Assembly: GCA_045645405.1 (NCBI GenBank) | Contig: JAZRIQ010000004.1 | Location: forward strand, 5,817-69,816 | Reading direction: 5' to 3' | DNA length: 64,000 nucleotides | Source: Eubacteriales bacterium | GTDB taxonomy: Bacteria; Bacillota; Clostridia; Oscillospirales; CAG-272 | Part shown: in pieces, positions 57,703-64,000 of the stretch | Numbering within the stretch: position 1 is the first letter of the stretch | How the letters are laid out: each line of letters starts with the position of its first letter | The notes under the pieces: generated by a model | What the model was told of the DNA's origin: nothing | The model's input: only the letters and a program-made list of their open reading frames with translations | Databases searched by the model: none | Translations under genes and position numbers: made by a program

Positions 57703-58221
57703 ATTAGCAACGCAAAAGAATTGTCTATTAACGAAGAAATCAAGGTGAAAGAGGTAAGAGTTGTAGCCGATAACGGAGAACAGCTTGGAGTAATGTCTAC
57801 CAACATAGCATTGGATAGAGCTTACTCGGATGGACTTGATCTTGTACTTATCGCTCCCGGAGCAACACCACCAGTGTGCCGTATTATGGATTACGGTAAG
57901 TATCGTTATGAGCGTGATAAACGCGAGAAGGAAGCAAAAAAGAAACAACAAACCGTTGAGGTTAAAGAGGTACAGCTTTCCTGCAGAATAGACACACATG
58001 ACTTTCAGACAAAAGCCAACAATGCAATTCGCTTTTTGAAGGGCGGAGATAAAGTAAGAGTGGTTCTATCATTCAAAGGACGAGAAATGGCACATACCGA
58101 GGTCGGTATTGAGATTATTGGAAAATTTCTTGATCTCTGTGCAGAGTATGGCAGCACCGATAAAGCACCTTCTCTTGAAGGAAGAAGAATGTCCGTAATT
58201 ATTTCGCCTATAAAGAAATAA
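57703..58221 (+). CDS. infC: Translation initiation factor IF-3 (ATT start codon)
   Basis: GGAGGTG lies 7 nt before the ATT at 57703. The product (M)SNAKELSINEEIKVKEVRVV... has the canonical IF-3 N-terminus. The track's longer ORF runs through the attenuator. Confidence 0.92.
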   Translation: MSNAKELSINEEIKVKEVRVVADNGEQLGVMSTNIALDRAYSDGLDLVLIAPGATPPVCRIMDYGKYRYERDKREKEAKKKQQTVEVKEVQLSCRIDTHDFQTKANNAIRFLKGGDKVRVVLSFKGREMAHTEVGIEIIGKFLDLCAEYGSTDKAPSLEGRRMSVIISPIKK

Positions 58222-58257
58222 AAGAAAGTAAATAAATCCAGAAAGGAATTAAATATC

Positions 58258-58452
58258 ATGGGAAAAATCAAAACACATAAGGCTTCAGCAAAAAGATTTA
58301 CTTTAACCGGTACAGGTAAGGTAAAGATGTTCCACGCACAACACCGCCACAACCTCGGTCTCAAGACAGCAAAGCGCAAGAGAAATCTTCGTTCAGTTTC
58401 TTACCTTAGCGAGAGCATGGCTCCAAACATCAAGAAGCTTATCAACAAATAA
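58258..58452 (+). CDS. rpmI: 50S ribosomal protein L35
   Basis: MGKIKTHKASAKRF; 64 aa. Confidence 0.95.
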   Translation: MGKIKTHKASAKRFTLTGTGKVKMFHAQHRHNLGLKTAKRKRNLRSVSYLSESMAPNIKKLINK

Positions 58453-58488
58453 TTAGACCAAAAGACTTAAGTAGGAGGATTTTTTAAA

Positions 58489-58842
58489 ATGGCAAGAGTT
58501 AAAGGTGCTATGATGGCACGTAAAAGAAGAAATAAAGTTTTAAAGATGGCCAAAGGATACTGGGGAGCAAAGAGCAAGCACTTTAAGATGGCTAAACAGG
58601 CTGTATTAAAGAGCGGAAACTATGCATTTGCCGGCCGTAAGATGAAGAAGAGAGATTTCCGTTCTCTTTGGATTACAAGAATTTCTGCACAAGCTAAGGT
58701 TTGCGGTATGAATTATTCTACACTTATGCACGGCTTAAAGCTTGCAGGTATCGATCTTAACAGAAAGATGCTCGCTGAGCTTGCAGTATCAGATAAAGAG
58801 GCATTTGCAGTAATTGCTGAAAAAGCTAAGGCGGCTCTTTAA
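58489..58842 (+). CDS. rplT: 50S ribosomal protein L20
   Basis: [26 protein letters not shown]. Confidence 0.95.
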   Translation: MARVKGAMMARKRRNKVLKMAKGYWGAKSKHFKMAKQAVLKSGNYAFAGRKMKKRDFRSLWITRISAQAKVCGMNYSTLMHGLKLAGIDLNRKMLAELAVSDKEAFAVIAEKAKAAL

Positions 58843-58851
58843 TTTAACAGG

Positions 58852-58878
58852 AAAACTCGGCGAATGCCGAGTTTTTTA
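58852..58878 (+). terminator. Rho-independent terminator after rplT
   Basis: AAAACTCGGC/GCCGAGTTTT hairpin followed by TT. Confidence 0.8.
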
Positions 58879-58908
58879 AACTTTATAGCAAAAGAGGATA
58901 GTAAAGCT

Positions 58909-59733
58909 ATGAATAGCAGTATTTTTAATGTTAATGAGATTACAAGTAAAACAAATTCGACAATTGTAAAAATTGGAAAACTCAGCAACAGAAAGAACCG
59001 ATATGAAGAAAAACTGTTTTTATGTCACGGAATTAAGCTCTTTTTGGAAGCGGTAAAATTTGGAGCTGTTTTTAAGTTTGTTATTTTAAAAAATGATGCT
59101 ATGTTTGACGACGAAATAATAAAAAATATAAAAGAATTGCAACTAAAAGGAGTAAATGTTTTATGTGTTTCAAGTCAAGTTTTTGAAAAACTCACAGACG
59201 AATTATCTCCTCAAGGAATTATATCCGTATGTGCTTTTTTTGATGAAAAGCATTCGTTTTCAAATACAGTAAATGATAGTGTTTCAAATGAAAAGATAAT
59301 GATATTTGAATCAATTCGAGATCCTGGAAATGTTGGAACAATTATAAGAAACGCTGCGGCATTTGGAATAGACCGCTTAATTTTTTCATCTGATTGTGCA
59401 GACATTTACTCTCCTAAAGTAATTAGAGCTACAATGGGAGCGTTGTTTAAGGTAAAAATTGACGTTGTAGAAAATTTAAAAAACACAGTTTTGCACTTGA
59501 AGAAAAATGAAATAAACATTTTAGGTGCAGCGTTAAAAGCTCAATCTTTAGTTCTCGGAAAGTACAAATTATCTACACAGGATGCGGTAATAATCGGAAA
59601 TGAGGGTCATGGAATATCTGACGAAATACTGGAATTGTGTGATAATACGTTATTTATTCCAATGTCTGAAAATACTGAATCACTTAATGCAGCTATTGCT
59701 ACTGCAATTATTATGTGGGAAATCTCTAAATAA
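58909..59733 (+). CDS. TrmH/SpoU-family RNA methyltransferase (YsgA-like position after rplT)
   Basis: The Met at 58909 is downstream of the rplT terminator. SpoU motifs IRDPGNVGTIIRNAAAFG, VIIGNEGHGIS, LNAAIATAIIMWE. Confidence 0.8.
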   Translation: MNSSIFNVNEITSKTNSTIVKIGKLSNRKNRYEEKLFLCHGIKLFLEAVKFGAVFKFVILKNDAMFDDEIIKNIKELQLKGVNVLCVSSQVFEKLTDELSPQGIISVCAFFDEKHSFSNTVNDSVSNEKIMIFESIRDPGNVGTIIRNAAAFGIDRLIFSSDCADIYSPKVIRATMGALFKVKIDVVENLKNTVLHLKKNEINILGAALKAQSLVLGKYKLSTQDAVIIGNEGHGISDEILELCDNTLFIPMSENTESLNAAIATAIIMWEISK

Positions 59734-59816
59734 TTAAATATTTTATACTATAGCATTGACAAGAAAACTCTTTAATGGTATTATATTATAGGAGTATTTT
59801 GAAAGGAGTTATGGTT

Positions 59817-61079
59817 ATGGATAAAACGTTGCTTTGGGTGTGGCTTGCTTTGCATTTAAAGCCGGGAACTCATGTTTATCAGTATTTGCTTGAAGAATTT
59901 GAAAATGTTGAAAATATATATGAATGTGTTGATTCCGATGTGAATAATTTACCATGGCTATATGATAATCAAAAGAAAAAGATTCTTGACAAAAATCTTG
60001 ACAGAGCAAAAGAAGTTATTAGGTGGTGTGAGAAATCCGGTGTCAAGATTTTAACTTTAGATGACGAAGAATATCCTGAAAATTTAAAAACCATAAAAGA
60101 TAAGCCCGGAGTGTTGTATTACATTGGTACATTGCCGGATTTTAAAAAAGAACTATGCATAGGAGTTGTTGGAACAAGAGAAATGACTGTGTATGGAGAG
60201 GAAAGCGCATTTGAGATAGGATACGGTTTAACCAAAGGAGGTGCTACCGTTATAAGCGGCGGTGCTAACGGAATTGATTCTACTGCGCAAAAGGGTGCAA
60301 TTACAGCTGGAGGAAAAACGGTTTCCATTCTTGGTTCGGGTATAGATGTGCTGTATCCGTATGAAAATAAAGAGTTTTTTCTTAAAGTAGCTGAAAATGG
60401 AGCTGTTATTACCGAGTATCCACCCCACACTCCACCTAATAGATACAATTTTCCTGTTAGAAACAGATTGATTAGTGGTATGTCAAACGGTCTTGTAGTT
60501 GTTGAGGCAGATAGAAATAGCGGAGCAATTATAACTGCAGATAAGGCTAAATCACAAGGGCGGCCTGTTTTTAGTGTTCCCGGACCTATAAGAAGCTTTC
60601 AATCTACGGGTACAAACATGTTAATTCGTAATGGCGCAAAATCAGTTACATCTGCTTTGGATATTTTGGAAGAATATTTAGATGAGTATGCAGATAAAAT
60701 ACAAATTACTCCATCTAAAGAGAAACCCGATTTGGTGCTTCTACATAGCTTTTCTAACCATGATGAAGGTGGGACTTTAAGAAACTATCTTGAAGCGATT
60801 GGATACAAAATTAAATTAAAGCTTAAAAAGACTAAAAAAACTGGCAAAAAAGCAGAAACCAATAGTGATTTGCAGGATAATACTGTAAATTTGGATAAGT
60901 TGAACCTGGACAACAATACTAAAAGTATATACGACTTTATGGAAAATGATAAGAGATACAATATTGATAGCTTCGATGAGCTGGGTTTATCTGTGTCCGT
61001 TATTGTGACGTCACTATCTTTACTGGAAATGAATAAAGTTGTAAAAAGCCTACCAGGCGGTTTCTATGAGAAAAATTAA
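59817..61079 (+). CDS. dprA: DNA-processing protein DprA (Smf)
   Basis: The ATG is 8 nt after AAAGGAG and downstream of a TTGACA-17-TATTAT promoter. Motifs GVVGTREMTVYG, ISGGANGIDS, NRLISGMS. Confidence 0.9.
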   Translation: MDKTLLWVWLALHLKPGTHVYQYLLEEFENVENIYECVDSDVNNLPWLYDNQKKKILDKNLDRAKEVIRWCEKSGVKILTLDDEEYPENLKTIKDKPGVLYYIGTLPDFKKELCIGVVGTREMTVYGEESAFEIGYGLTKGGATVISGGANGIDSTAQKGAITAGGKTVSILGSGIDVLYPYENKEFFLKVAENGAVITEYPPHTPPNRYNFPVRNRLISGMSNGLVVVEADRNSGAIITADKAKSQGRPVFSVPGPIRSFQSTGTNMLIRNGAKSVTSALDILEEYLDEYADKIQITPSKEKPDLVLLHSFSNHDEGGTLRNYLEAIGYKIKLKLKKTKKTGKKAETNSDLQDNTVNLDKLNLDNNTKSIYDFMENDKRYNIDSFDELGLSVSVIVTSLSLLEMNKVVKSLPGGFYEKN

Positions 61080-61097
61080 TGGCGAAAGGAAATAATT

Positions 61098-63365
61098 ATG
61101 TCAAATAACCTTGTAATACTTGAGTCACCCGGTAAAATAGGTGCAGTAAAAAGCTATCTTGGCTCAAAGTATAAAGTTATAGCATCGGTTGGACATGTAA
61201 GAGATCTACCAAAATCAACACTTGGTATTGATATAGATAACGGCTTTGCTCCTCATTACATCAACATAAGGGGAAAAGGAGATGTAATTAAAGAATTACG
61301 AAAGGAAGCGAAGAATGCAGATAAAATATTTTTTGCAACTGACCCTGACCGTGAGGGAGAAGCAATTTCTTGGCATTTAGCAACAATTTTAGGCGAAGAT
61401 GCAAAAAAAGCAAAAAGAGTAACGTTTAATGAAATAACTAAAAATACTGTTAAGGAAGCTATAAAACATCCGAGAGACATTGACATGGATTTGGTCAATT
61501 CTCAACAAGCCAGAAGAATACTTGACAGAATAGTTGGTTATCAAATAAGTCCATTTTTATGGAAAACCGTAAAAAGCGGATTGTCCGCAGGACGTGTTCA
61601 ATCCGTAGCTACAAAAATTATCGTTGAAAGAGAAGAGGAAATCTCTAAATTTATTTCTGAAGAGTATTGGACAATTGATGCGAATCTTTCGACTGATAAA
61701 AACAAAAGCATTGTAGCAAGATTTTACGGCGATAAGAGCAAAAAGATAAAGATTTTAAGCAAAGAACAAGCGGATAAAATTTTATCAGAGGTTGAAGATG
61801 GACAATTTTCTGTTGATTCTGTAAAAAAAGGCAAGAAACAACGCTCACCCGCACCGCCTTTTATTACATCTACTTTGCAACAGGAAGCATCAAGAAAATT
61901 TAATTTTCAATCACAAAAAACGATGAAGCTTGCTCAAGAATTGTACGAAGGAATAAATATTGGTGCAGAAAACGGCGGGGTACAAGGTCTTATAACCTAT
62001 ATGCGTACTGACTCGCTTAGAATTTCGGAAGAAGCACAGAAATTAACAAGAGAATATATTCTTAATAAATTTGGTGAACAATATTGTCCCGAGAAGATAA
62101 GAATATATAAATCAAAAACAAACGCTCAAGATGCTCACGAAGCAATTAGACCATCCAAGGTTAAGATTGAACCTGCACAGATTAAAAAATTTCTCACAAA
62201 CGATCAGTTTAAGCTTTATAAATTGATTTGGGAGCGATTTGTTGCAAGCCAAATGTCAAACGCTGAGATAAATACAGTCGTTGTTGACATTGAAAACAAC
62301 GGATATATTTTCCGTACAAGCGGGTATAATGTAAAATTCCCCGGTTATATGGCGATTTATCAAGAAACCGTTGAAGAAACTCAAACAAATATGGATGATG
62401 CCTTTAACCCGGAGAAAAATTCTAAATTGCCGGAAATTTCTGCAAAAGAAATTTTAATTAAAGACGAAATTTGTTCTCAACAGCATTTTACCGAACCGCC
62501 TCTTAGATACGATGAGGCAAGCTTGATAAAATTCTTGGAGGAAAAAGGAATAGGTCGTCCAAGTACGTACACACCGATTATTACTGTTATCATTTCACGT
62601 GGATACGTAGCACGCGAAGGACGCTATTTAAAGCCAACACCACTTGGTGAAATTACAACAAGAATAATGAATGAACATTTTCCTGATATTGTTAACTATA
62701 AGTTCACGGCTTATATGGAGAATAATTTGGATACAATTGAAAGCGGCAGCGTTTCAATGGAAAAGGTTCTTGGTGATTTTTATGTAGGTTTCAAAAAAGA
62801 ATTAGTTAAAGCAGAGAATGCTTTAGACAAAGGCGACGTTGAAATACCTGTTGAAGAAACTGATATTATATGTGAACTTTGCGGAAGCAAAATGGTTGTC
62901 AAGGACGGAAAGTTTGGAAAGTTTGTAGCATGTCCGAACTATCCTAAGTGTAAAAATACAAAACCGTTAAATAATGAAAACAAGGACGTAGAGAATAATA
63001 AACCAAAAATTGCAGATTTCAAATGTGAGATTTGCGGTGCTGACATGTTTTTAAGACAAGGAAAATTTGGTGATTTCTATGCTTGCTCGAATTATCCTAA
63101 GTGTAAAAATACAAAAACAAAAAGCGGTATTACCGGAATTAAATGTCCTGATTGTGGTGCGGATGTTATTTCTAAATTTACAAAAAGCAATAAACAGTTT
63201 TATAGTTGTCAGAAATATCCAAACTGTAAATTTTCAACTTGGGATATACCAACAGATAAAAAATGTCCTTTGTGTTCAGATATGCTTTTAACGAAAAAAA
63301 ATAAAAAATACGCGTATTGTAGAAACAGTAATTGCGGCTACAATACAGAGGATAACAATGAGTGA
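61098..63365 (+). CDS. topA: DNA topoisomerase I (type IA) with four C-terminal zinc ribbons
   Basis: LVILESPGK Toprim start, TDPDREGE, active-site region [10 protein letters not shown], and four CxxC..CxxC modules. Confidence 0.97.
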   Translation: MSNNLVILESPGKIGAVKSYLGSKYKVIASVGHVRDLPKSTLGIDIDNGFAPHYINIRGKGDVIKELRKEAKNADKIFFATDPDREGEAISWHLATILGEDAKKAKRVTFNEITKNTVKEAIKHPRDIDMDLVNSQQARRILDRIVGYQISPFLWKTVKSGLSAGRVQSVATKIIVEREEEISKFISEEYWTIDANLSTDKNKSIVARFYGDKSKKIKILSKEQADKILSEVEDGQFSVDSVKKGKKQRSPAPPFITSTLQQEASRKFNFQSQKTMKLAQELYEGINIGAENGGVQGLITYMRTDSLRISEEAQKLTREYILNKFGEQYCPEKIRIYKSKTNAQDAHEAIRPSKVKIEPAQIKKFLTNDQFKLYKLIWERFVASQMSNAEINTVVVDIENNGYIFRTSGYNVKFPGYMAIYQETVEETQTNMDDAFNPEKNSKLPEISAKEILIKDEICSQQHFTEPPLRYDEASLIKFLEEKGIGRPSTYTPIITVIISRGYVAREGRYLKPTPLGEITTRIMNEHFPDIVNYKFTAYMENNLDTIESGSVSMEKVLGDFYVGFKKELVKAENALDKGDVEIPVEETDIICELCGSKMVVKDGKFGKFVACPNYPKCKNTKPLNNENKDVENNKPKIADFKCEICGADMFLRQGKFGDFYACSNYPKCKNTKTKSGITGIKCPDCGADVISKFTKSNKQFYSCQKYPNCKFSTWDIPTDKKCPLCSDMLLTKKNKKYAYCRNSNCGYNTEDNNE

Positions 63366-64000
63366 AAAATATAACTGTATAAACGTTATTGGCGCCGGAC
63401 TTGCAGGCTGTGAGGCGGCGTATCAAATAGCGCAGCGTGGAGTAAAGGTGAAATTATTTGAAATGAAGCCGGTTAAGTTTACTCCGGCTCATCATAGTCA
63501 AAATTTTGCTGAACTTGTCTGTTCAAATTCATTGAGATCAGATGAATTGTCTAACGCAATAGGTGTTTTGAAAGCCGAATTAAGAGCGATGGGCTCTCTT
63601 ATAATGGAGGCAGCTGATTTTTCAAAGGTACCCGCAGGCTCGGCTTTGGCTGTTGACAGAGAAAAATTTTCTTCGTATATAACCGAGAAAATAAAAAATC
63701 ATTCTAATATTCAGATTTGTAATGAAGAAGTATCGTCCATTAAATCTGATGAAATAACAATTATAGCGACAGGACCTCTAACCTCAGATTCTTTGGCGGA
63801 TTTTATTAGAGATAATTTGAAGATAGACGGTTTACACTTTTTTGATGCCGCTGCTCCAATTGTTGAATTTGACTCAATTGATATGGAAAAAGCGTTTTTC
63901 GCTTCTCGATACAATAAAGGTGATGCTGATTATATCAATTGTCCAATGAATGAGGAAGAATATAAATCTTTTTACAATGAGCTTATAAACGCTAAAGAAG
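63358..64000 (+). CDS. trmFO: Methylenetetrahydrofolate--tRNA-(uracil54-C5)-methyltransferase (partial; continues past the right edge)
   Basis: Not in the track because it has no stop inside the window. The ATG at 63358 gives [38 protein letters not shown]. Overlaps the topA end by 8 nt. The dprA-topA-trmFO order matches Bacillus. Confidence 0.92.
   Translation, partial: MSEKYNCINVIGAGLAGCEAAYQIAQRGVKVKLFEMKPVKFTPAHHSQNFAELVCSNSLRSDELSNAIGVLKAELRAMGSLIMEAADFSKVPAGSALAVDREKFSSYITEKIKNHSNIQICNEEVSSIKSDEITIIATGPLTSDSLADFIRDNLKIDGLHFFDAAAPIVEFDSIDMEKAFFASRYNKGDADYINCPMNEEEYKSFYNELINAKE

Noticed and set aside
1-64000. CRISPR arrays, tandem repeats, IS elements, integrases, toxin-antitoxin pairs, restriction-modification or other recognisable defence cassettes
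   Set aside because: Visual scanning of the intergenic regions and ORF translations revealed none. All other short antisense ORFs in the track overlap well-supported genes and were treated as shadows.

Overview
The window looks like a chromosomal segment from a low-GC, endospore-forming Bacillota (Clostridia-like) genome; sporulation markers are dpaA/dpaB and a pdaA-like deacetylase. Most of it is housekeeping and carbohydrate metabolism. From left to right: polA (5' part, runs off the left edge), trmB, dpaAB, trmL, secA plus two coupled membrane proteins, a MATE pump, a lone tRNA(CAU), GH42 beta-galactosidase, thiN, a TPP riboswitch and thiT, fucI, prfB, a VTC/DUF4956 pair, two polysaccharide deacetylases, and proC. 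These are followed by a glycogen cluster (degenerate glgB remnant, glgC, glgD, glgA, glgP, GH13), gltX, glnS, a permuted GH3, the infC-rpmI-rplT operon with its leader, a TrmH-family methyltransferase, dprA, topA and trmFO (runs off the right edge). I saw no integrase, transposase, CRISPR array or rRNA. The one clearly accessory stretch is about 48.07-51.2 kb. There a 1025-codon ORF with mosaic base composition abuts the glycogen-operon terminator. It has no convincing start context and resembles an internal/C-terminal fragment of a phage/ICE polyvalent multi-effector protein. I did not find a compelling complete novel system. The best leads are this orphan fragment, the decayed glgB, the secA-coupled membrane pair and the VTC/DUF4956 cassette. 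All family assignments come from reading motifs by eye, not from database searches.
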